DNA from: Gnetum montanum
Lineage: Eukaryota; Plantae; Gnetophyta
Assembly (NCBI GenBank): GCA_015680685.1
Contig: MNCI01000721.1
Location: forward strand, 619,872 to 683,871
Direction of reading: 5' to 3'
Length of the DNA: 64,000 bases
The position numbers were made by a program, and so were the translations under genes. Shown here piece by piece: positions 36,701 to 48,962 of the stretch (the stretch's first letter is position 1; each line of letters begins with the position of its first letter). Under the pieces are notes generated by a model that was given only the letters and a program-made list of their open reading frames with translations, was not told the DNA's origin and searched no databases.

Positions 36701-39481
36701 ATCAAAAACTAATTTTTGAATCATAACTTGGGATTTTAGAAGATTTTATTGAAGACAATGAAAGAGTTGGCTTAGGGATGAAATTTAGACCTTTGGTAGT
36801 CTAAATAACAAAGGTCCATAATCATGAAGAGGAGAAATCAACTCACCTCGAGGGGGTGAAACCATCTCCACCTTTGCAAATACTAAAATCACTAGATGAA
36901 ATTGAGGCAAAGATCAAAAAAATGATAGAGTGGGTGCATGAAAAATGTAAAGAATATGTAGACATTATTAGAGGGAGAACCACGCAAGATAACTCTAATG
37001 ACTAGATCAAACAAAGGATCCCAAACCTAGAAACAAGACAAAACACCATTTGACAATCAGGAAGAAGGGCTAAAGAAAATAAGGATAGGGGCTCAACTGC
37101 AAATCATAAGTATCAATGCGATGTTTTCCTATACGATCACCCCAAAATCCAATGCCCAATCTTGTTACATCTACATGAGCATTGGGAAAGAATGCTACAT
37201 CTAGATTTCATACGGAAGTACTATGCTCAATTGTAGTGGCAAAACCCCTAGTCGTGGGGAAGACCATTGCGAAACTGGCCTCACCCTTCGTATCACCCAA
37301 AACCAAGTGCTTATTACGTTCAACACCATGTTTCTCCAACTAGATCAACATCCTCTACTTCACCTCATCATTATCCCTCTCCTGAGTATCATCAACCCAT
37401 GTCCTCTCCTATGGGATCACCACCTCATGTTCCTTACACTCCTCCTTACTCTCAATATTCTTCTCCTTCACCTCCTTCTACATCGCCACCAGTTGTACCG
37501 AAAGGTTTTACACCACAGCACCAACCAACAAACATTACTTGTGTTGCTACTGTTAATAGCAAGTGGAGTCCACAATGCCAGAAGTGTCTTTTCTTTATGC
37601 ATGGTCGTAAAAAGAGATAGCATGGTTCTGAGACCACTGCATCCTCCAACTCAGCACAAACCCAACACTATGATGCACCTTCCTCTTTAAACTCAATGCC
37701 TCCTATTGCCTTATCTAGGCCACCAATTAATACTCTAATAACCATGTATCCTAATGAATCTAATAATGTGAGGAGACATAGCGATCCTTGCATACCATCT
37801 TATGGTCATGGGTGCCATAGTGGGTTAGCTTCTTATCACATGACCACATATTATAATCTGCCCCACTATGCCTACTTTAATCAAGTGTGTGAACCTTAAT
37901 TCGGGTACATTCCTACCACTACACCAAAAGACACCTAGTGGTTTGGATATGACTAAACCCCAATATTTCCAACATGCATGGATACTAATTCTCCATTTAT
38001 TAATTCTCACCATGATCAAAGGTTTAATCATGGGGGATACCCCCCATTCTAATTAGCAGAATTAGTAAATTTTTTTCCTTTTCTTTGGTTTTACAATTTT
38101 TTGTTTTTCAATTTTTCATTTTTTAATTTTTAATTTTCTAATTTCTCATTTTTCAATTTGTTGTTTTATCTTTTTATGGGTAATCTCATCTATGAATAAC
38201 ATACTCATGTAACCCATTGTTTGAGGTGTTGTTCTATGTTATCAAGTCACAAGTGACTAATTATTTGGACAGTGAGCCCACAACATCCACTCACCCATTC
38301 TATTAATAAGAGGTTCTTGCTCTGGGTATGATGATATTCTTATTATCATCAAAACTTAAAGTAACTTTATACTCATTATGCCCAAAGTAAAAAGTGACAA
38401 ACTAAGAGGGAATGGCAAGGGTGTGACATCAAGGGGACTTGTGGATTCTCCTTGGTAACATTTGTATGTGCTATCATGTAGCTTGGTTGTACTAAGATCC
38501 TTGTAGATCTAACAAACAATGGGAGTAAGAGTTGTAATTAAGGCACTCAATAAAGGAACTCAATGCTATTCTAAGGGGTCCCACTAGAAAGACATGCATC
38601 CATGCCTAAAGGTTGGTGGCTTTGCCGAATCACCTTTGGAAAGGACAAAGTGCAAAAGTGGCTAGAAGAAGAAAAAGAAAAGAAAGAAGAGAAGCAAAAA
38701 AGAAAAACTTAGGAAAAATATGTCGCAAACAAATTCAAATCACTCCTCCCTTGTGTAAAATGTCAAGTGATTATACGCCTTGCTATCATGATGCTCTTAT
38801 GGTTGTCTATCATTGGGATGAAACAATGCAATGTCATTGATTAGAGGTATGGACTGGTTTTGATCCTGGAGAAAAAGGCTGATGGTACTTTAATCATGCA
38901 CAACACTTAGGATTCATTGTGCCTAGGGTAAGTTACCTCATGTCCCAATCTCTGTAATCCCTTCTCCAATTCGTCTCATCTCATGATCCAAGTACTTCTA
39001 ACTTGTGTCTTATGTGGCATCGAATTTGCACCTCATAGTAGTGGTACTTAACATGTGTGTGTTTTGTTACATAGGTGTAGGTTGCATTTAACCCTTCTAG
39101 TGCCTACGGACATTTTAAGTTGTGGTTAAGCAAGGGCATTATAGGTTAAAAACTACTTTGGGGAGGATCCACTTGTATGACTTTTGTAATTTGTACATGT
39201 TACACACTGCCACATCATTTTATACCCTCTGAGTACTCCATTGTCAAATCTATTCTTTCCTTTGTCATCACTTTAATCGAATGTTCCTTAGAACCATTAC
39301 ATGTCCTTTTTCCTCATCCTTTTCAAAGAAATTCATTGTATGACTACACTTCATTACACTTTTAGTACCTCAATTTCCACTTGCCCTTACCCTAAACCTT
39401 TTGAATCTACCTCAAATTCTTCAATTTTGGCCCTAAAACTAGAAAAATCATCAATTTTACTAAGTACCCTATCTTGATAGG

Positions 39482-39575
39482 GACACAATATCGGGTACTC
39501 AATATTGAATCCGATGCGATACCGGGTACGCGCTATCGCATACGCGATATTGTGTCTATAAAAACTATATATATG
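39482..39575 (+). promoter_or_regulatory. Putative internal promoter: CGATATCG-like array plus TATA
   Basis: caatatcg..caatattg..cgataccg..cgctatcg..cgatattg followed by TATAAAAA (39557) and TATATATAT (39566). The LTR U3 regions have the same architecture. Confidence 0.55.
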
Positions 39576-40076
39576 GAACCCCCACATACTACAGAAGTCA
39601 TTTTCAATAGTTGATGTAAGGGAGTTATTCAAATTTTCTTCCATGATTTTCAGTGATTTGCAACACTAAATTCAACCTTTCATATTTCACTCTCTGATGC
39701 TCAAATTTCTTTTCCGATTGAACCTAATTAAACCTGAAGTGTTTAACTTAGTCATAGGGGAGTGGTACTATAGAACTTGTACATCATTTTTTCAAAATTT
39801 TCTATCGCCCGAAGGATACCATAGGGGTAAGTACTATTAAAAATTCATGCCAAACTAATTTTCTTCCTTCACCCAAGTCATCTAAATTATTATATGAGTC
39901 ACCTAAATAGATCAGGTCTGACGTTAAACTTTTAGGACAACTTCCTTGAAAAATTTCTAAATCTGGAATCATACTAATCAAAGAATTAAACATTTGTTAA
40001 AGGCAATGAGTAACGTATAAGATAATAAAATTTCTTTAAATAACCTTACTAACAATTGGTCTTTGTATGATTACAT

Positions 40077-42861
40077 ATGGCCCCTAAAAGAGGACCAGCA
40101 ACAAGGACCTTCTCAAGGTGCAACTAAATGTCTAAGAGGAGGCAGAGGCCAGGAACCTCTAGTAGAACATGCAAAGAAGGAGGCCCACTCACTCAACATT
40201 GACTAAGACACCACTACGACAATGCAATCTAGCCATGCATAAGATGCCAAAGTTAGAGCTCCAAAACCAAGGCAATGTATTATGTTGTCCCCTGAATGTC
40301 TCCAAGCCATTCAGGAGAAGCCCACCTTTGTAGCTATGATAGTGGAGCTCAATTTTGGGCCTTTCACTGAGTTCCCCCCTAAAGCAGTGAAGACTTAATT
40401 GAAGGCATCTTCACTATGGCCCATTCTATTAAAGAGTGATGATTGGTATTGGAGTGAAACTTATCAATTCTAGCATGGCAAGGAGGAAGGTACCATTGCC
40501 AATTTAGTTGGTGTCTCCGTTGATTTTTTTGTAAAGGCCATTGCAAAGGTCCTACATCTTCCAAACGAGGGACCAAAATTTGCTCATTTGTCCACTCACG
40601 CAGACTAGACACAAGGAAATTATGGTTGAAACGAACCTACGACAAGAAAAATACAGTTTACGGAGAATTGACCCTAGAAGAAAGAATCTAATTTAAGATC
40701 GAAACTTATTACCTTTTCCCCACCAAAGGTTTAAATAGATTATTTACTTATGTGGCATAAGGTAGTGTGATTTTGATGGGAAAATTTAATGCAAATCTAC
40801 CTCATCTATATTTGATGGAGATATTAAGGCTATTTGAAGAAAGGAAGACACAAAAGCTTGCTTTACCTTTCCCTTGTCTTATCAAGAAGTTGTGCAAAAG
40901 TGTGGGATCTTGGGCTACACAAATGATGTTCATAGAAAAGCCCAAAACGCTTCATATGTTGAACTACTCAAACTTTCAACACCTAGAAAAGCCTCTGATG
41001 AGCAGTTAGAACAAGAAGAAGACCAAATAATTAGGCCCACTATGCCTCAAATAGTATGACCCAGCCAACAATAGGAAGCAGGGCCCAACACATAGCCCAT
41101 AAGCTAGCAAGTCCAACAATCGCCACTACCATAACAAGACTATCAACTATCTATCAATCATCTCTAAACAATCACCAAGACGATCAGTTGGAAAATATGT
41201 GATTCCAAAAACTTATTTTGGGTCATTTATGACATCGTACGACCTACTATTTTGACTAATCCTATAAGTGAACATATTTCATTGATTTCAAGAGGAAAGT
41301 CCCAATGGTCTCAACAAATCTCTAGGAATGTCACATCTTTCCAAGTCAGCTTGGAAACTGGTGAAGGAGCCACGGTGGTGGTCATGCAGCATGAGAATGA
41401 GGCAAGTGCAGTAGAGGTGGTCACAAACCACATCAAAGAGTCATTTAATGTTTTTGTTATGCCACTGGTAGATTTCACAAGAGCATGTGATGCTCAAGCT
41501 TTGGCCAGTCCCTCAATGACTCCTGTGAAACATGAGGATGCTTTGGATCGCTTGCAGCAAATAGGACAAGTTATCACATCCTTATTTGACATCCCCCAAG
41601 ATGTCACTCCAGCACAATCAGACCTCATCACTGCCAAAGGAAAATTGGTCATGGCTAAGGTTAGGGCCGAGCACATAGAAGGAGAGTTGCAAAGATTGCT
41701 AGAAAAGCTCATTGTCTTACAAGCTGAATGACAGGATCCTTTTCAATTTATCACAACTAACTAATTAGACATTTTCAAAACCAAGAAATTGAATAAATTA
41801 TTGGAAGAAAATAAAAGGATGACAATGGAAAAAGAGAAGGATGATTAAGATGCTTCAAAAGCACAAGCTCAGACATATGCACATGTTAAAATTCTCAAGG
41901 CCTTATAAGAGGAAAATAAATTACTTATTGTTGAAAATCTTTTGTTGACCACAATTAAGAAATAGAAGAACATTCTTGAAGAAAGTTTCCAACAAATGTG
42001 AGAACAACTAGTTCAGATCAACCAAGACATGAATCGCTTGGCCAGGGAGAATAGAACCCTCTTCATGGAGGAAGTCCATGCCATCCGACAAAAGATGGCC
42101 ATAGAAATAAGTACGTGGAAAAATAAGGCCAAGAAGCATGAGAAGTTAAAAGAACACTTCTATGGCCGAGTGGGAATGTATAAGGAAATCATCAAAAAGG
42201 AGATCTATATGGCTAAGGCCCACATTAATTCTTTCAGTGCTCAACACACTGACTAGTGAGCCATACTAGATACTTATGCCTTCATCCACCAAGCAAAATT
42301 GAAAAGCTAGGAACTGCAGATCCAAGATCACAAAATACATGGAGTTGGCAAATCTGCGATACACCAACTTGGCCATGTTGACAACAGGATGCCTGACAAC
42401 TAAGCTTGAGAAGCAAGTAGCTACCACCTATCCTAAATATGAAACAGAGTTTGCAGAACATAAGAAGACATTGCAAAAATTAGAAGTAGCAAACTCTGAA
42501 TTAGAGGTGGTAAAGGCTAGCTACCAAGGTCAAAAAGACATAGCAACGAATTTGGCTCGATAACTTATGGATTATTAGGAACTTAAAGATAAAGCTAGAG
42601 CCTATGAGAAGGAATGATGGATGTTTGCGGGATGGTATGTCAAAGCCAATCAAATGTTCCCATAACTGCCATGTCTGTGGAAAGTGCCAACTCCACCAAA
42701 CATTGGAACATCAACATGGATGGCACATGATCCTCGAACAAAGGAGGAAAAACTTCAAGAACTTCTTCAAAGGCATCCATTTTAGAAGCTTGGAGCAGAA
42801 GACAAAGGAAAGGTTCCCATGGAGGAGCCACCACTACCAGGAACCACATGAGTTCCACTAG
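40077..42861 (+). pseudogene. Athila env-like / extra 3' ORF: N-terminal LPFPxLI domain plus long coiled coil, decayed
   Basis: Starts ATGGCCCCTAAAAGA; KAIAKVLHLPNEG; LMGKFNANLPHLYLMEI..LALPFPCLIKKLCKSVG. Coiled-coil fragments at 41252..41731, 42029..42256 and 42339..42563. Confidence 0.7.
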
Positions 42862-43032
42862 TTTTGTATTTTGTGTTGGCATCCAAATTTGGTTTTATCT
42901 AGTCCCACACTGTGGCATGAAACAATCCATGGTCATTCAATAATCCCATACCTATCCACTACTTGTAATCAAGTGAACTTGTGCCTCATTTTGTTTGACT
43001 TGATGATAATTTTTTATTTAGTCATGGGGGTA

Positions 43033-43894
43033 TGATGAATTATGGTTTGCTAGGCCCTAATATCATGTACACAATATCGCAGCCTAGATACGATATCGTG
43101 TACACGATATTGTGATTCCTATGTTAACCTATAAATATTGCACTCAGGCGCACAATGATGGAGGTAATTAGTTAGTCTTTAGTTCATATTTTTAGTCAAA
43201 TTTTGGTCTTTAGCTCTTATAGTCAGTTTCAGTGTTCTTTCCAAGTGCATGCCTATAGTGTGATGCTTGTAATTGTACAAAACCTTTGTTCAAGTGTGAC
43301 GTGCTTGGACACACACACAATCAACAATAAATATTGAGATTACTCCATCATTGCAGCATTCACTTGGCTTTAAATTTGTTTTAATTATTTATTATTGTTG
43401 TTTTCTTAGCTAATATTTCCTTTATCATCATTTACTATTCTTGTTGTTAACGCGGAATGAGTACGCCTTAACCATGAACATTTAAGTGTAACTACATGGT
43501 AACCTAGTGGTCTTTTGAGTAGTGCTTTCAGTGATGTGTGCTTGGTAATCCCAGAAGTAGTACACAAAGTCCAAGATGTGTACAAATGATTAGGGATGGA
43601 TGCTCATCACACTTAGGCTAGCTTAGATCTTATTTTCTATTACCCATTAGCTTAATTAAGTTATTTCTTATTCTCCTTAGGAGAAGCATAGTAGTAGGGA
43701 CCACATCATACACCTCACTTTGAACTAAACCATACATGACAAAGCAATTACTAGTCCAAGTGGGAAGATAGTGAACTGTGATCAACATATAACTATCTAG
43801 GTGCCACAACTAGTCTATTCGCGAAGTTCAACCAGATTGCACATACACACTCGTATTCATATGGTTGAACGTAGGGGTACCTCACTGCTCATCA
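43033..43894 (+). repeat. 3' LTR (862 bp), TGATGA...TCATCA
   Basis: The last ~45 bp match the reverse complement of 22613-22656. GATATC array at 43058-43113 and TATAAAT at 43130. Confidence 0.88.
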
Positions 43895-44879
43895 GTCATT
43901 AATGTATATGCAAATTACATCTTGATGAGTAGATTAAGTGGAAGTTAGGTAATTTTGCATTTCCCATGTGGTTCTGATGGTTCTCCATAAGACACTTAAC
44001 CTTGAAGTAGTACCAACATATGTAAGAAGGATACTTGTACTTTTGGATGTTCTTGAGTGCTTTCAAGTAAGAGATGGATGTTATGTGGTAATGGGAATGC
44101 ATTTGAACTTGTCTTCTTTTTCCTTTATTCATGTTCTCTCTTTTTTATATTTTCTCCTATGTATTTTTTAATTTTCTTCCCTTATAGAAGGATCATTCCT
44201 TCATATTTTAATTTTTAGGGAGTCTTTTATGGTTTCTCTTTCTTGATATAATTTTCATAATTTTGAATACATCATAAGAATTAGGATAACATTAAATCTA
44301 CATCATCCTAATTTGTGACAAATATTCTATAACAAGTACTATTTCTAGTTCTACTTTGGGCTTATTATTACTCTAGGTTATATTATCCAAAATTCATATG
44401 AACTTTTTGTGTTTCAATGGTGTTGCTTCATTACTCTAGAAATGCTACAACATTTATATTATTTTAGTATTTTCTTGTATCATGACCTCATGGCATACTT
44501 ATGATGCTCATGAGAAATATTATCCTTAGTCTTCCATGGGATAAGTAACTCTAAACTTCTTTAGTAATCTACCACTAAGACAATTCAACTATCTTACCAT
44601 AGCTAACAAACTATTACCTCAGCATAGCCTTTCCTTTTCACATTCATAGTCTTTGTATCTACCTCTCTTATGACATCTTCATTCAGATATCTGTGCTGAA
44701 TTTCTTAAATCCATGATGCACTAGTCTAAATTTTGATGTTAGGAATATCTAGAACTTTAGCTTCTTACTTCACTTCTTTTCTTAAGTACAATTTGGTAAT
44801 GCTAAGAACTTCTTTCTTTTATTATACGTTATCTTTTACAAATCATCATCATCATGTCCTTTTAGCTTAAAAATGCTTC

Positions 44880-45450
44880 TTTAAGTATTATTCCATTACC
44901 ATCTCTCTTCTTATTAATTCAATGCTTATTTATTTTTCTTAGTCATACTTACAAGGTATGAATATGGGGTTTTATATTTTGTAAGTAGTTTTGTCTCTTG
45001 ACAAATCATCATAACCTTTCATGACTATTGATAGCTTAAGTTAAGAAACTAATATTTTTAACTTAAGTTGAAGGGTATATTCTTATAACATTGATACAAA
45101 CTTCGATAGGTTATCAAATGTTATTAGAAAAAATGATATATTCTATTTACCTAAGCTAGTGGATATGTATCATACAATGAACTCTAAAAATAACTATATT
45201 TATAATCCATATTTTTTTTAAACATGTTTTCAACTTTAAGAACTACTTACAAGAATACATGTCAAATCCAATAAAATTATAGTATAAATCCAATATTATA
45301 TTCTACATGATTGATAATACGTAGATTATGTTTTGGAAAAGAAACATCAAAGAGAAAATTTGGTCAAAACCAGTAGACTTGTAAACACAAAAGGATGGTC
45401 AACCATATATACCATTAGGTAATTTTCTAATTTCTCCTTTAGTAACTCTA
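44880..45450 (+). mobile_element. Highly decayed DUF7869-type putative transposase relic
   Basis: Fragments in order: PLPSLFLLIQ, YLFFLVILT, YSYNIDTNFDRLSNVIRKNDIFYLPKL, FNFKNYLQEY, IMFWK..IWSKPVDL*TQKDGQPYIPLG. These recall PLPxxLxLQLDN, HTHEDIDxxF and FDFK. Pattern recognition only. Confidence 0.4.
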
Positions 45451-48400
45451 CTTGATAATGAATTGGACAATATTAGAGAATGTATATATTCTTACATAAA
45501 ATTCTAAGATGAGAAAAACAAAAAGCATATTAATAGTTAAGATAGAGTTATCTAGAATAAATGAATAGAACACTAGAAGTGATCAATAATTTGGATGAAT
45601 TAATAAATCAAGAATAGTTCTATCTACAATCACAACAAGTTTTCTAGCTAGTAACACACTAAATAAATACCATCAAGGAAGCAAGTAATCATATGTTAAT
45701 AAGATAATAGATGAAGAGGAAACATATTTTGATAAAAGGGAAGATAGACCAAAAAGATCATTCTTTTCATATACAGATATAAAGTTTGGAGTGATGATGC
45801 TAGTATGTCTAAGAAATTCAAAGGATCTTATATGGATTAGCCAAGGTATTGACAATTTATTTGGTGACAATGAAAAAATTAAAGAGGTGTCTATTGAGTG
45901 GCATAAGGAATAGAAGAATTCTAAAAAATCATTATTAAATAGAAAATGACATATGAATTTGTTGAACCTAGTGAAGAAGAACTTACACTTAGATTCAATA
46001 ATTTATGACTAGGAGTCCACAACAAAAGACTAAAAAAAGTAAAGATAAACAAAAAAAGGTAAATTAGTTGTGAAAGATCTACTACAAGAATTATTTGGTT
46101 ATTAAATTGATTGATTTCTCTTAATGACAAAACATAATTAAGATAACTCATCTATAGAAAATGTTCTCAACCATTATATGTATTAAACTACAAGGTTTAT
46201 TTTTCCAAAAAAAACTGTAATCCTATTATATGAGAAATACTATTTGTAGTAAAATTATTTAAATACTTTAGTTAACTAGATTACTAATACAAATATTTTT
46301 TATATTGCTAATTGAATTGCATTTATTTTAAAATTTTTTAAGTATTTGATGATAATAGAAAGCTATATTTTCCAAAATTAATGATATTTTCTATTTCTAA
46401 TGAAAGTAGTGCTATATGAAAAATAATTTACAATAACTCCCTAAGAGGTTTTGGAATAGATATTATAAAGATGGACAATCATTCATGGGGATTCTTACAT
46501 CTCACAAAGGTTTGTATCTAGAAAATAATCATATAACCAGCAACATAAAATAAGTACCACTAATAGAAAGGTGTTTGCTACTACTTTACATAACTAAAAA
46601 ATACATATTAATATGGCCGCACCTAGTTTACACCATCAAAAAATCAAGATTAAGATGGTTACTACCACTTTACACCACTAAATCCACCACCATCCAAACC
46701 CTAATTTATATTAGTAGAGGCTAGCATTCATACTTAGTTTCAACATGTATTAATTTGCATAATTACTCAATGTGCACATTAATATTCATTATTAATAACA
46801 AAAATTAAAAAATGTTCCTACAAGATTTAATTTATGTTTTTAATATCACTACCAAGGATAATTACTACTACTTTTCACTTGCTTGAACTTCTAAAATTCA
46901 CTAGGCAATTGCTATTGCTTTTCACTTCCCTTCTTTAGATGAGATGGGTCCAATGCATGAAGAGGCTTACCTACTGTAGATAGAAAATAGTTTTCAAATT
47001 TCAAAGTTTCTTTAAAATTAAATGACCACTTCCTTTGTGCTAGGTTTATTTAACAATAGACCATTAAATTTGTAACAATAAACATTAGTAATAATTGATT
47101 TAATTAAATGATGATCCATGGGTGGCAAAGAAACATATACAATACCATAACTCATGTATCAAATACTACAAAAGATTTATGTAACTTACATCCTTATTCA
47201 TGCATTATTACAAGTTTGCTTAAACAATTTCCTATAGATTCTAATATTTTTAGGTTAGTTTTGGATTTGATTTTCTTGTCTTCTACTTTCTTCTTTTCTT
47301 TCTAATTCACCATAATCCACTATATTTTTCATTCTTAGATTCTGCATGTGCCTTCTAGATGGTGATGATGGCTAATTTCATGTATGTCCTTACATTGTGA
47401 ATTAGCAACATTTTTCATGAGCAAGTAGTGTTTATAGTGATTCTAGTAAAAATTGTGATGAATCAATGTATAGCACAAGTTGATGATTTAGATTATGAGG
47501 AAGACTGAAAACTCATGACTAAAATCCATGCCACAATAGCTATAATTAAGATCTACAATGTGCAAATCCAAGAGAAAAAGAAATAGGCCAAAAAAATAAG
47601 ATTTCAAGTTAAAATATTATTCCTATGGATAACATACCAAAAATTAAAAATAATTTCTTACTAAATACCATAACAATATGAATTTTATTATAGCATCATA
47701 AATAAAGTGTAGAAACGTAAATTAATCATTAGATCCAATGAAAGGCATTGTTAAATAACTAATTCATCATGTTACATCTAAATGCAATTATATGTGAAAA
47801 ATCATGAAAAAAAACTAAATCCAAAGAAACAAGGATTGTAACAAATTTTCTTACCTAAGAATCATTGTATTCCACATTCCTTTGTTACTAAGATCTTTTT
47901 AATACGACTCATATCCTATGCACAAAACAAAATTATCACCAAAAGGATCCAAGATTACAAAGAAATGAAATCTTGAAAAAAATCCATCTATATATACATA
48001 GATCTAGGAAAGTTGCACCAGCTTAGGCTATGGTATCTTTTCCTAATTCTCTCTCCCAAATTTTGGCAAGGAAAATGGATGGTTTTCAATAGAAGGATTA
48101 TCAAGTATTTGTAATGGAAAAACTATGTAAAGGTCTGATTAATAGTTAAATCTAATAGGTGATAAATATCTAAAATCACATGTTGTCCATATATAAAATT
48201 AAAACATATATTCTAATTCCAAAAAAAATCTATTTTTTAAGTTGAAACTTCTATTTCTTTTCTAGTAACTATTGAAAAAGATAAATGGATTATAAGCTTC
48301 ATGAAGTCTTGAGCTCAAATCATAACTAATTTGCCCCTAAGGCATAATTCTATTTCTACTACCCAAATAAAGAATAACATATTAATTTAATTATACATTA

Positions 48401-48475
48401 ATGAAAATAATCAAGCATAACATATAAATAACCATACATATCACTTGCTTGATGTAGAACCCCACATGTCATAAT

Positions 48476-48962
48476 TGTAATGTTCCATTCCTAATTATGG
48501 AGTGAAGTCATATTATGATATATAAATTATGAAATTAACCTTTGTATGAAGAAATATCTTATTATGAGAAGTTGTAATCATTCATGGTATCCTTTGGGGC
48601 TTTGATGTATGCATTTAAGATTGGAAACTTAGAGGTCATACTAGCATGAAGTTGGAGAGTTAACAATGATAAGTGATAAAAGCCAAGTAAAGCAGGATAA
48701 GAAGGGACTAATCATCCCTTTTTTCTTAATGCCTAACTATGGTAGTAGTGCTAGATTACCTCTAAGGATTCTTGATGGCATAAGAAGACAACTCCAAGGC
48801 CCCTACTTCAATATTTTGTACCTACCACATTCATCATAAATATAGAATACTTTTTCTTCTTCTATTACATTAGAGTAATTTTTATTCCATTTTAAGCATA
48901 TTATTCCAATTATGACTGTATAATCATCACTAATCCTTAACATCTAGGAATGGGATGTCACA
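48476..48962 (+). mobile_element. Solo LTR of family X with TSD ATAAT
   Basis: TGTAATGTTCCATTCC...CTAGGAATGGGATGTCACA, with ATAAT at 48471-48475 and 48963-48967. Confidence 0.85.

Larger units (their letters stand above)
36720..43894 (+). mobile_element. Non-autonomous Athila-lineage element: gag C-terminal remnant, no pol, long UTR, env-like ORF, PPT and 3' LTR; 5' end missing
   Basis: QCDVFLYDHPKIQCPILLHL matches CEICQYDHPKGCCPVISHL of the 22.6-32.3 kb copy. UTR blocks at 38275 and 38415 match the reverse complements of about 25060-25085 and 24915-24950. PPT ATGGGGGTA at 43024-43032. Confidence 0.82.

Noticed and set aside
37267-37620. Extensin/proline-rich host gene
   Set aside because: It lies between motifs homologous to the Athila gag C-terminus, so it is the Pro-rich gag spacer.
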